This document shows, piece after piece, positions 11,590 to 24,117 of a stretch of DNA of 43,827 bases. Source of the DNA: Octopus bimaculoides (taxonomy: Eukaryota); assembly GCF_001194135.2 (NCBI RefSeq), contig NC_068989.1, positions 81,244,541-81,288,367 on the forward strand, read 5' to 3'. Every line of letters starts with the position of its first letter. Position 1 is the stretch's first letter. The notes below the pieces were generated by a model. The model saw only the letters and a program-made list of their open reading frames with translations, was not told the origin of the DNA and did no database searches. Both the position numbers and the translations under genes were made by a program.

Positions 11590-12232
11590 CCTAGGCGACC
11601 AAGTTAGCAGTGGAGGAGGATGCTTTGTGAGTGTAGCTGCTAGAATAAGAACAGATTGGGCAAAGTCCACAGAGCCACTGCTTTTGTTGGAAACAAAGGG
11701 CCTCTCACTCAGAGTGGAAGGCAGATTGTATACTGTGCATGAACAGCTATGCTACATGACAGTGTAACTTCTGTGATTGCAGTATATCTCCAACAACGTC
11801 TATTTCTCTTTTTATCTATCTTTCTAACTCTCTTCCACTTTCCTTCTGCACCCTTATCCCACTGATGTAGCCAAGTATCTCCTCTATAGTAAAACAACTA
11901 TCCCTGTCTTTCTGTTACACTTTAACCTCTTGCCTTGCACACAGCCATATTCCTCAGTCCCATCCCTTTTCTCAACTAAGAGTTCCTTCTCTTGCAAGCT
12001 ACTTCGTAACCCTGCTGGTACTATTGCTACCTAAAAAGCACCTGTGCTGGTGCCATGTAAAAAAGTACCCAGTACACTCTGTAAGATGGTTAGTATTAGG
12101 AAAGGCATCCAGCCATAGAAACCATGCCAAAATAGACAACTGGAATTTGGTGCAGCTCTCCTACTTGCCAGTTCCTGCCAAACCGTCCAGCCCATGCCAG
12201 TATAGAAAACAGATGGCAAATTATGATGAGTA
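11590..12232 (+). mobile_element. Patchwork of RTE fragments (plus 11590-11770, minus about 11780-11985, plus 3' tail 11985-12232)
   Basis: GGGCFVSVAARIRTDWAK...KGLSLRVEGRLY on plus; FYYRGD-like segment on minus; decayed 3' tail ending GATGA. Confidence 0.6.
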
Positions 12233-13894
12233 AGATTTGAAGGAGATTTGATTTAGTTACTGTTTCTAGAAAATCAAGTGACTACTTTGAGACTCCTTTG
12301 TCAGATCATAAGGTACTCTGTATATGAGTGTGTGTAGTTAGTGTACAGAGTTAAAATTGATGATGAACAAATAGACCTCTGGTTAAAAAACATTCCAGTT
12401 GCAATCATTTCATCTTTTTATTGACAACATGTGTCTGGATTCACGTTATCCAACGTGTGCTTTTTAATGAGTATAGGGTGTGGTTTCAGAAAAAATTTGG
12501 CTACTTTTTCCACTAGATCAAGCAACTACACAGATTTTTCCTAATTAACTAGACAAAGGTTAGTGTAACTTTTATCTAGTTACACCATTTATATATGTAT
12601 TAGTGGGACTCGTGGAAATTCCACAGAATGAATTAAATTAAGGAAACCTATTTAAGAAAGAAAGAATGATTTGCATTTTAAATCATTCATAGTTTAGCTT
12701 TCTTTCAATATTCTTGATGTTTGTCTACATTCATTTCCTCATGTCTTCATCGGTATTATCTTTTACTTCTTTTTATTATATTTTTGTGCTGTTCCTCACT
12801 GATCTGTACTTTATATCTATGCATCCTTTCTCAGGTAGCTTGTAACTGTGTTTTATGTGAATCCAGAGTTTAGACTAAATTAACCCTTATAAACAAATAT
12901 CAATTTTTTAAGTGAGCAGATGATGAATAATTGCACTTATGTGCATGCTTTAAGCAATGGTCGCTATAAGAAAAAAAAATTAGTTCAAGAAAAAATACTT
13001 TTCACTACCAACACACCAACACCACCACCACCACCACCATCTTCCCTCATCTCTCAATATAACTGCCCCCCCCTTGTCCATCTCTCTCTATCTACCTTTT
13101 TCTTCAGCTAACATTTTAACCACATAATAAGTATTCCTTCCCCACTGCACATCACTAACACTTCTCTCTCCCTCTTGGTCTCTCGTTCATCGCCTCTACC
13201 TTCAGCTGACCACATGACTATTTGGCCTAAGTGTATTAATATTAATCACCTTTCTCAACTTCTTCCTCTCTTCTTTCTTCACTACTTCCTCTCTCTCACT
13301 CCACCTCCACCTCCACCTCTCTAACTAGAGAGTGTGTGGGTGTTTGTGTATATATATATACACACACATATACGTGTATGTGAGTCAAAAATTGAAAAAA
13401 ACAAAGGTGATGTGAGGAAACAACAAATAGTGTGCATTGGCTTCATGCCTAAGGAAATTGGAGGAAATTTTTAACAGTTCAAACCTGTGCTCTTCTCTCT
13501 CTCTCTCTCGCTCACAAGCACACACAGACACATGTCTATATAGATACATATATGTTTGTATATACATACATATATGTTTGTGTATATATATATATATATG
13601 TTATTAATATTTTATGACTTGAGAAAGGAGTGCTCAAGTTCTACATTAGTACAATCATCAGATAAAACTAACATGATTTAGTGTTGGTGGTGTAGATACA
13701 TATCCATTGACATATGTGGGTGGCCTGCTACTTGAGTTGTTGCATTGGTTGTGTGTTGTATCTATGGTGTAATGTTTAATTTCATGAAATTGTAGGTGGA
13801 GGATCTTATTACACTGTTTATGGTAAGTTGGTAGGTTGGTGGTAGACGTAATAGTTTATTTGTATTATTATTGTTGTTATTATTATTAAGATTC

Positions 13895-14312
13895 ATCATC
13901 ATCATCATCATTGTTTAATGTCTGTTTTCCATGCTGGCATGGGTTGGATGGTTTGACTGAGGTCTGGCAAGCCAGGAGGCTGCACCAGGCTCCAATCTGA
14001 TCTGGCAAGGTTTCTACAGCTGGATACCCTTCCTAACGCCAACCACTCCAAGTGTGTAGTGGGTGCTTTTTATGTGCCACCGGCATGAGAGCCAGTCGAG
14101 TGGCACTGGCATCGACCAAGTTCGGATGGTTCCTTTGACGTTCCACCAGCACGGGAGCCAGTTGGAAGGGCACTGGCATCGACCACATTCAGATGGTGCT
14201 TTTTACATGTCACCAGCATGGGGAGCCAATCAGGTGGCACTGGCATCAACCCACGCTTGAATGATACTCATTATATGCCAGTAAGGCGGCACTGGCATCA
14301 GCCACAACTACA
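13895..14312 (-). mobile_element. RTE 3' UTR/tail with internal ~66-bp tandem units
   Basis: (CAT)n, CCATGCTGGCATGGGTTGG, then repeated GTGCTTTTTAxGTGCCACCGGCA...GGCACTGGCATC units. Confidence 0.8.
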
Positions 14313-14351
<39 letters not shown>

Positions 14352-14353
<2 letters not shown>

Positions 14354-14545
14354 GGTGGCGAGCTGGCAGAATCATTAGCATGCCAGACAAAATGCATACC
14401 AGCATTTCGTTTGTCTTTACAGTTCTGAGTTCAAATTCCTCTGAGGTCGACTTTGCCTTTCATCCTTTCAAGGTCGATAAATTAAGTACCAGTGAAATAC
14501 TGGGGTCGATATAAATTTCAGGTCTTGTGCCTATAGTAGAAAAGA
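14352..14545 (+). mobile_element. SINE family B, CpG-decayed
   Basis: Head GGTGGCGAGCTGGCAGAA, B-box-like GAGTTCAAATTCC, core GTCGACTTTGCCTTTCATCC, (ATT)n tail. Confidence 0.8.
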
Positions 14546-14822
14546 TTATTATTATTTTATCTATTTTTTTTTATTTAGTTTCACCTCTGTGTATGTATGT
14601 GTGGAGTATTTCAATTGCCTTTTCTGAAGGTGTTTATTTTAAAAAAGGGTGTGCATATTTCTAAGGTGTGTGTGTATGTGTAAGGTATTTTGTTTTTCTG
14701 TAAAGAAATGTATATACATGGGTGGGTAGTTCATGTGGTCAGTTGGTTTGCTATTTTTCAGGATGAAATACATCCCTGGTCAGTAGTTTTATTTATTTGT
14801 TTATTTCAGTGATGCTTTTCTC

Positions 14823-14864
<42 letters not shown>

Positions 14865-15239
14865 GTTTTTCAGCTGAATGCTTTGAACAGATTTATTTGG
14901 AAAAGGAGTTAAGAGTTTATTTCTAATGACTGTTGTGTCTCAGCAGAAGACACCACCCACATTCACGAGAAACAAACCCTTCAAAACACAACACTGAATT
15001 TTACTGTTAGGTTTTAAAATTAACTGAAACATTCCACTTGTTAGAAAGCATTAACCTGAATTACATAAACAATTGTACTGCCGAGTATGATAAATATGAA
15101 TATTTTTATTTGGTAAGCATAACTTATCAGAACTCAAATAAAACAAAACCTATTTTAGCCTTGATATAGATTACATGCAGATTATATATCTAAGTAAACA
15201 AAAACTCAGAAATACAAGTCCTCTTGTTAAATAAATCAG

Positions 15240-15488
15240 ATAACAATCCTTCCTGAGTCATATAGACCCATAGAGCTGGTTTCCTGGTTTCCATGGCATG
15301 TATATTCCCCAGTGGATAGGATGCCAGTCCATTACACGATTACTCACTTTTGCTCTCTGAGTAGACTCGAGCAACATGAAATGAAGTGTTTTGCTCAAGA
15401 ACACAGTGCATTGCCCAGTCCAGGAATTGAAACTACAATCTTACGATCATGAGTCCAACACCCTAACCACTAAGCCACACACCTTCAC
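15240..15488 (-). mobile_element. tRNA-derived SINE, separate family
   Basis: Minus strand reads GGTGTGGCTTAGTGGTTAGGG (A box)...GTTTCAATTCC (B-box-like)...GTGTTCTTGAGCAAAACACTT. Confidence 0.7.
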
Positions 15489-15959
15489 AAGTCTTGCTGT
15501 TGGAATCATGAATTCCTAATATTTTTGATTCATAAAGTTAAGCTCTTCAAAATTTTGGTCAAGGTGCTAGCAACGAGGTTGGCACATTCCAAACAGATCT
15601 ATCCACAGCAACCTCCACCTCATGTGATGCATCATAGAGAGTGGGGGTAATGAACCTGGTATGGGTTGGGACCTGGTCAGTTTGGATCACTCAAAAGTCT
15701 TTGATAGGGTTGGCCACCAATACTTGGTGGCTATTCTCAAGGCAGTTGGTTTCAGTCCCATCTTTATTTGCTAACACTTTGACCAAAATTTTGAAATCTG
15801 CAGTGGGACTGAATCCAAATGTAGGATATAGAATATCTAGTATATATAGTAAAATGAAATGAAGTATTGATTGTCTTATTGAATAAATGAAATACTGAAT
15901 ATCAAATATTAAATATTAAAGGACTAGTATACTTTCTTGCATTTAAGCAGTCTTCAAGG

Positions 15960-16603
15960 TCCCAGGTTGTGACGTCACAAGAAGACATGGGACGAGGTGG
16001 TCAAGCCTGACCTTCAAACGTTGGGCCTCACAGAGGCAATGATGAAAGACCGAGACCTCTAGAGATACGCTGTGACTGTGAAGACCCGACAAATAAAGTG
16101 AGTTCACGGCTGTATCCTACACCAGTTTCGCATAACCAGCCCCAGCCCATTCAAAAGTATCTTGGATCGTAGGATGACCTGCTGTGCTTACTTTGGATCG
16201 TAGGGCGACCTGCTGTGCTTGAGGAGACCTATTGAGTCAAGTACATCAACATCAAAATAAAAATCAAATGGAAATTGTAGTTGTGATACCCGTGCCGGTG
16301 GCACATAAAAATCACCACCCGAACGTGGCCAATGCCAGTGCCACCTTGACTGGCTTCCTTGCCAGTGGCATGTAAAAACCACCAACTGATTGTGGCTGCT
16401 GCCAGCCTCCTCTGGCCCCTGTATCGGTGGCACGTAAAAAGCACCCACTACACTCATGGAGTGGTTGGCATTAGACAGGGCATCCAGCTGTAGAAACTCT
16501 GCCAGATCAGACTGGAGTCTGGTGCAGCCGCCTGGATTCCCAGACCCTAGTCGAACCGTCCAACCCATGCTAGCATGGAAAACGGACGTTAAACGATGAT
16601 GCT
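15960..16603 (+). mobile_element. RTE LINE 3' end (last codons, 3' UTR, GAT tail)
   Basis: KTWDEVVKPDLQTLGLTEAMMKDRDL, ~31-bp tandem duplication at 16161-16220, repeat units, CCATGCTAGCATGG and GATGAT tail. Confidence 0.82.
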
Positions 16604-18099
16604 GAAGAAAAAGATAAAAAGATATGAGTAAGAGTCTCCCATTGTAAGGTAAGTCAAGGATATTTAATGATCCTCTGAACTTAGCAGATTTATGTTGTTT
16701 AGGGAAATGATATCTCAGAATGATAGAACACACTATTTAAACATTCCTTTACATAAAAAAAAGCTCCCTCACATAAGGATATTATTGAAATAGAGAAAAA
16801 TGAGGACGTTTAGATTGAATTACTGAAAAGTCAAGGTTCTTGTAAATAATTGCCTCTTGAAGTGCCTCAGTCATGTCTCTTATTTTGTGATATGATCATG
16901 AAAAATGTTTAACTTTTTAGAAGCTATAAGCATCTTACCCTGAGATTATTTCAGTTGTGTATAATGTGAACTAGTAAAGAGGATGTTTAGCATATAACAG
17001 TATATCTAAAAATAATGAAGATGAAACTAATTGAAATATGAATTTATTATTTTGATATAGATTTCATTCCAAAATATTTACTTAATTCATTTATTATGTT
17101 CTTGCTAAACAGATCATTGTTTTCTTATGTTCAAAGTAGAAATGAATTAATATGAAGTTAAGTCTAAAAGAATATGTTGCTACTATTTGTGAAGGTAATA
17201 CAATATTGTTTGTATAATGTTGAAACTCATTTAGTTTAATCTTTTTAACCATAGAACAAGGAAGATACTCATTATTTGACTCAAATAAGGGATTATACCA
17301 CCAGAAATATACTTCTTCAGATTTAGGGTTTGATAAGGATCAAGGGAAGATAATTTTATTATGAACATCCTGGGAAACCTGTGATAAAACTTTTGCTGAA
17401 CAATTATCAAGATTTAGGACATTTTATGATTCAGATATATTTTGATTCTTTTTTATTCTTTATTGCAGCAGTCACTTCAATTTCAGTTGGAATGTTAATA
17501 GTGGAACTATGCTTTGTGGACAGGTCAAGTACCATAGAATACATGGAAGTTTTACAAAATGATTCTGGTGCTACATCAGATTTACAGTTGTCTCCTTGAA
17601 ATGCTTCATTGGTAGAAACAACAGTGAAATTCATCAGACAAAGTAAGCTGTAGAATAAATAGAAAATGTGTTATACTTGGAAAATAACATAAGTAAACTC
17701 TTCAAAATTACATATTATTATAAATTTATGCTGTATTCAGTTATATTAGCACATGGAAGAAATTTCACAGTCAAATTTAACATACCTCCTTATTTTTATT
17801 AAAGATTTTCCATTAATAGAGTATAGTACATAAAAGTTAGCCACTTTTAAAGTGACTAGTACAATTAAAAGAAATGAGTTGTGAAAGAAGGTTCTTTGAT
17901 TGATAAAAACTGGACATATAATTACTTTTTCAGAGAAGTAAATGGAAAGATTCAGTCACAATTTATTGAAAGTACAACCTGCAATGCCGCTTACGAAGAA
18001 AGTGAAACCACACATCAAAAGTGAGTTTGTTAAAGAGTTGAGGCAGCACAAATTGTTTGAGGTTAGTCTCTGATGCTTTTGAAAACAAGATTTCTGGCC

Positions 18100-20049
18100 C
18101 AAATCATATTAACCCCTTTATATGCCATGAAACAGTACATAGTTTATGATCCTTCTTAAGAACATAAATCACTTTCATGCAAATTGTACTCTCCCCACTT
18201 CACTTCTGGACAAACAATAACTTCCATTACGCCAATAATCCACTCCACTATATATCAGCTAACAGAATGCATTGCACTTATCAAGACAGAGCATAGCCAA
18301 ATCATTCATAGTTTACCACTTCTCAAAATAACGGTACACAAATTGACATATGCATTTTTCCACATCTTTTCATTTGTTACTAAAAAATCAAATTATACAA
18401 TGCACAACTTCAAATTGCTATGTCTTCCATCTTATATGTTTCTTAATCATTCACTCTTTTCAGCCATGCCACCAAAACGAAGACATTCTTATTTATCTCC
18501 ACAAACAGGGGCCACAAAGAAAACTGCCTCTATTCGTGCCCAAGAAAACTCACTTCAGCGATGCCCAAATGTGTAATATTTGAAAACGATCACCAACAGC
18601 GGAAGTTCTGCTCTAAACTACACTTATTGTCTGGGATGAATGCACAGTGGCACACTGTAGTACACTAGAAGCCCAAAATAGGTCACTAAAGGATATTAGA
18701 AACATTACTGCCATTACGGGAGACTTAACTGTTGTCCTTGCAGGGGATTTCCGTCAAATGTTACCAATCATACCACAGGGTACATGAGCTGATGACATTT
18801 ATGTGTTTCTGAAGTTTTCACCTCTGTGGAGGTTTGTTCGTCAGCTTCCATTAAGCAATAATATGCGAGCTCATTTCTATAATGACCCCTTAGCTGAGGA
18901 ATTCTTTCATCAACTTCTACTAATTGGAAATGGCGCTTTACCATTGAATAACACCCTGCAACAGCATGTATTTCAATGTGAGCACATGGTGTCTATATTG
19001 GCTGACCTTAAAGAAAATATATTTCCCACATTGCAAGATAACTTCAAAAACATAGCATGGTTTGCAGAGAGAGCTATTTTAGCACCTTGGAATGAAAGCA
19101 TTGATAAAGTAATCCACGAACTCATCCACATTCTACCTAGAGATGTTTCAACTTTTGTCTCCATTGATACTACCATCAACGAGCATGCCACTGTTGACTA
19201 TCCAGTTGAATTTTTCAACTCTCTGCAAATCACAGGACTGCCATCGCATTAGTTTTTCCTGAAGAAAAGTGCACCTATCATGCCCTTGAGGAATTTCGAC
19301 CCACCATGACTATGCAATGGTAAAAGGATGACTGTAACTACAATGACAAGTCTTGTCCTACAAGCAACCATTATTGCCGGCTGTCATCAAGGAGAGATCG
19401 GATACATTCCATGCATGCCCCTTATTCACTCAAATGTATCATTTCAATTCAAACGCTCCCAGTTCCCAGTGCGATTATGCTTCGCTATGACAATCAACAA
19501 AGCCCAGGGTCAAACTTTAAAAATTGCGGGTCCCAATTTACAATTACCCTGCTTTTCTCAAGGACAACTATATATCGCATTGTCTTGAGTTAGCAGTGCA
19601 GATGATTTGTATATTTATTCCATCAATACTGGGCTTACACAAAGCATAGTTTACCCAGAAGCATTGTCGGTTTCACTTAACATATGCTGAAGTGTGCAGT
19701 CTGCCCAAACATTAGAGATGATGCTTTTCATACTGAAGCAGCTTTCTTTTCATGTACCTTACTTTCTGCAATATGGAAACCTCTACGTCCTCATACATTA
19801 TTCAATTCTTTAAATCTGTAAGTCTAAGTAATTCTGGGGGCAATATTAAGATTTCATTCTAATCTAAGCTGCCATTCTACATGATTTTGGCTTCAACAAT
19901 TTCAGCATTGTTCATCACAAAATGACCGAAAAATATGTTTATAAAGAAAAGTTGTTTGCTCCTTGTGTGCCGATTCTGCCCATAAGAAAGAAAGAAACAA
20001 TACAATGTGGCTATAGGTCATAACACCAGGGCAACGTCGGGATGCATTG

Positions 20050-20053
<4 letters not shown>
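18100..20053 (+). mobile_element. Helitron deletion derivative: Rep N-terminal stub, decayed PIF1 helicase, intact 3' terminus
   Basis: MPPKRRHSY at 18466; from about 18572 one frame with stops: LIVWDECTVAH, VLAGDFRQMLPII, NNMRAH, ERAILAP, FKRSQFPVRLCFAMTINKAQGQTL, CFSQGQLYIALS, IVYPEAL (to about 19670); hairpin CCAGGGCAACGTCGGG then CTAG|T at 20050-20054. 5' end not located. Confidence 0.9.
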
Positions 20054-20087
<34 letters not shown>

Positions 20088-20439
20088 NNNNNNNNNNTTC
20101 GTGTATCACCTGGTTCGTAATACGGGTGACTAGGCTATATATATATAGGCTATACATATATATATATATATATAAGTGATAAGATGGTATCTTGTAAAAA
20201 AAATATCTATAGTCCATAACAAGCACATCATACTTCTGAAGTAAGTCACCAGAAATTGTTCATTGATCTATCAGTAATGAAAAAAAATTAGTTGTACATA
20301 AAAATCTCTATTTTTCCTTTCATTAATTGAGACTAATTTTTAACACTCTGACATGAAGTAAAATTATTTCATGTGGTCAGGTACCATTCTCAAACCAACA
20401 GCCAAAGTCTGTTTGTAGTGAATAAGAAACACCTTTATA

Positions 20440-20668
20440 TTGCTCTACTCGACCCACCTACCAAGGTGCCATGTTAAAAGCATTGGTGTGGGTGATGTTG
20501 CTACGTAAAAAACACCCAGTACATTGTGGAGTGGTTGGTGTTAGGAAGGGCATCTAGTCGTAGAAAGCAAGCCAAAACAGACTATGGAACCTGGCCTTGC
20601 AAGTTTCTGTCAAGCCGTCCAACCCATGCCAGCACGAAAAATGGATGTTAAATGTTGATGATGATGAT
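20440..20668 (+). mobile_element. RTE 3' tail copy
   Basis: GTGGTTGGTGTTAGGAAGGGCATC...CCGTCCAACCCATGCCAGC...(GAT)n. Confidence 0.75.
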
Positions 20669-21575
20669 TAATTTTTGATTCAGAAAAAGACTTACTGTAA
20701 TGTTCTGTTCTTCAGTCATCATGTCAATTCACTCTAAGGATATAGATGTAATTATCCACGAAGATTAATCGGCGAAATATACATACTGAGATGAATCTGC
20801 AGACCAAAGAACTCTTTTACATGCATATAATATAGAACATTCAATTTTAACTGAACGTTTTCATCCTACACTTTATATCATACATTAACCTTCATCCAAG
20901 GGAAACAACTCTGTTATCTTGTCTTAGAAAAATAGTATTGATGTGACAAATGAAGCTATAACATTAATACAATGTCAGCTACCAGAAAGAAACTTCATTC
21001 TCAAACCAAGAGCTAAATGAAATTTTTTATAACCATTATTCACTATGAACAGCCTTTAGCTGTTGGTTGGCAATGGTACCTGGTCAAGAGGTTGAATAAT
21101 ACTGCTACATGTCAAATGCTGGTTTCATCATAATCAAGCAGAAATTTCAATGAGTTTCTCTCCTAGAGAAACTCCTTTAAATAAATCACTATTGTTTATA
21201 ATTACAAGTTCAATTAACAACATTAATGTCACAATATAGTGACTGATTTTTATTTCTGTTCAGTGTATGTGTCTTGACACACAAAGGCTAAGAGATCCAA
21301 GAGCAAGACATCAGTCATGTTCAAATTCTAGCCTCGTGGTTTTTGTGCAGACCCTGAGCAAGGCATCTTTAATTGTCCCAGTTTGATTGATCAAAAAGCA
21401 GACTCATGCCCATGTCCTACCCTACCCTGTTTGGTACCCAATAAAAGGAAGTTGTGTCACTAGATAACACTATACCAGAGCCTGGTGCCAGCATCCTGCC
21501 AACATTTTGCCTGAACATGTGGGCATTTCCTAAATAGAATATTTAATAAATAGAATATATAGCTGGTGTTGCTTT

Positions 21576-21687
21576 GACAGAATTCATACCATGTGATCTG
21601 AGCTGGTCAATAAAGGGCCAACACATAGAAAGACAGAATTCATACCATGTGATCTGAGCTGGTCAATAAAGGGCCAGCACATAGAAA
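21576..21687 (+). repeat. 56-bp tandem duplication (1 mismatch)
   Basis: GACAGAATTCATACCATGTGATCTGAGCTGGTCAATAAAGGGCCA(A/G)CACATAGAAA twice. Confidence 0.95.
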
Positions 21688-21749
21688 CCATCTTGAATTT
21701 TTTTCAAAACTTTCATTCTGCTCCAAACATCTGATGAGCTGAATGCATC

Positions 21750-22620
21750 TCAAGTATTTGTCATGTAGAGCTAAGTCAAACTCATCATCATCATCTTTGT
21801 GATTCCTACCAAATGTGCTGAAAGCCAAGACAGTTCAGGAGGGAGTTTCAAACAAATTCACCTATGCAACTTATCATCACTTGAATTAGAGATAGATTTG
21901 AAACAAACGGAACTGTTCAGAATGTCCACAAGATATGTTCAGGAAGACCATGACATCAATGAGCCCCCCAAAAGCAAGAAAGTGTACTAGAGTTCAAGAA
22001 TATCTGTGCAGAAAGTGAGGTGTGAAATAGGAAATTCAAAATCAATAATCCAGCACATTTTGAACAACTGTCATTGGAAAAGTTACATTTCAAGAATAGT
22101 CCATGCTCCCAGTGAAGATTGAAGAATGGATTTATGCAAGTGGTACTTGGAAAGATTTGTAGAAGTATGCTTTCCAGCAAAGATTGTTTGGAATAATGAG
22201 GCTACATTTAAACTAAAAGGCTTATTTAACTGTGACAGTGCAGTTACTGGGGGCTTGAGAGTCCACATATTATGGAAGAACATCATATTAATTTACCAGG
22301 AGGTACAGTATGGTGCAGCATATCACCATAAAGATTAATTGGACCATTCTTTTTTGATGGTATGTCACTGGTTCCATTTACTTGAACTTGCAACAATCTA
22401 AGAGGACTTTGAAGGTGAGAAGTTTTATTTCCAGTAAGATGGAACACCCCAACACTACTACAGCAATGTAAGTGCCTACATTGATATTTTACCAGACAGG
22501 TGGATTGGACAAAGAGGTTCAATGGAATACCCTCTGTGTTCACTGGACCTCACATTACGTTTTTATAGAGATACTGAAAAATAATATAAATTTCACTGTA
22601 TAAAACATGCAGCAGTCAAT
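21750..22620 (+). mobile_element. Decayed Tc1/mariner-superfamily transposase (DUF4817-type HTH + DDD domain)
   Basis: [83 protein letters not shown]; frameshifts and stops. Confidence 0.85.
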
Positions 22621-22899
22621 GAATTGAAGTTAGCCATTGAACTAGAAGGTGCACAAATACTGAACATATGGAATACACACACAAATTAAATGGCAATGAA
22701 GCACACGCGCTTGTATGTACACCCAGTATTAGTGCAACTTTATCCCCATACCTGCTCATATATGTGCAAAACAAACCAATTCTGGTATCTACAAATCCCA
22801 AAAACTGTGTTGACTTAAACAAAAGAGCCTTGTTAATGACTGGCTAGAATTTTGTAGAGGAAACAAAGAATCCACACAGAAAATATTTTAACTACTTTG

Positions 22900-23775
22900 A
22901 TTAATTTAATTGAAAAATTTTCGGTTTCTAGGACACACAATCTTCTGAACTTTCGAACTACTGGGAACGTGAAACAAATTTCAGTTTTTACATGTCGATT
23001 CTTAAGATCCATAAAATCTTATCAATTAATTTAATTTCACTGAAGTTGTTAATGAATATAAAAATATAAAAGATTAAAAATCACGAAAGATTGTAGATAT
23101 AGATGATTAAAAGTTGTTTAGTTAGTAACCAAGGCTACTAAAATGGCAGAAACTGACATTGTAAATTTAGCAGTCGTTTCTGCGTATTTTTTTGTTTTTG
23201 TTTTTCTTATCTGTTATCTATTTTTATCGTTCTCTTTAAAACGGAAATGATTAAATGTATTTTAATTTAGTAGATACAAAAATTAGAATTAATATATTTA
23301 TATTAGAAATAGAAATAACTCTATTTGTTGAGACGTTTTACAGTCGCCATGTTCTGTAGTTATACTTTGCCGAGTTGATGTAGTTTTATTATCGCCTTGA
23401 AACTGGCTTTCCATCTGTAGCAAAATTGAAATATTTTGCTATTCATAAACAAAGGATATTACGTAATATTTCTCGGAAGGAGTTTGTTGAATAATTATAG
23501 CACAAAAACAAGGTAAGATAGTAAACGGGATTTAGGTTACAGCTTCATTCTTAAAAGCAAAAGGGAGGCGGAGGAGAGAAAGCTAACGTTCATTCATTCA
23601 TATATTTTCTCTCATTCTTCACCAAGACAACCCTACTGTCCCCTTACTGTCTCCCTACTGTTCTCTTACTGATTTCCTTCCCATTTCCTCGTTTGTCACA
23701 CTGTTCTCCCAACAAAAGCCGCATACTTTCTCACGGTTTTCGAATCGAATAATAAGTTCCTTTGTAATATTGAAC

Positions 23776-23806
<31 letters not shown>

Positions 23807-24078
23807 AAAAATCTTCGTATATTTATTTATTTATATACTCTTCTGAGCGGTTGCTTCCTGATAAATATGGGAAAACATTTTGGAAGTTATTTAGATATTT
23901 TTTTTTTCTCTTATATAAAAAAGATTTACACAATTTTACGAAGCATATAAAGTGAAATGGTGTTTAAGATTGTCAGAAATAGATCAGCGACCACCACGGT
24001 AGATAATTTGTAAACTTACACGAATACCCACAACTGAATGCAGATGTGTAGATATATGCACGTTTACTCATTCAGCCT

Positions 24079-24117
<39 letters not shown>

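Noticed and set aside
14060-14305. CRISPR-like repeat array
   Set aside because: Eukaryotic DNA; units are degenerate tandem repeats inside an RTE 3' UTR, with no unique spacers and no cas genes.
18803-19588. Host PIF1 helicase gene
   Set aside because: In-frame stops, Walker A missing, and a Helitron hairpin plus CTAG terminus downstream.
23628-23672. Short CCCTACTGT-type tandem motif near the promoter
   Set aside because: Four degenerate 10-11 bp units; indistinguishable from simple slippage.
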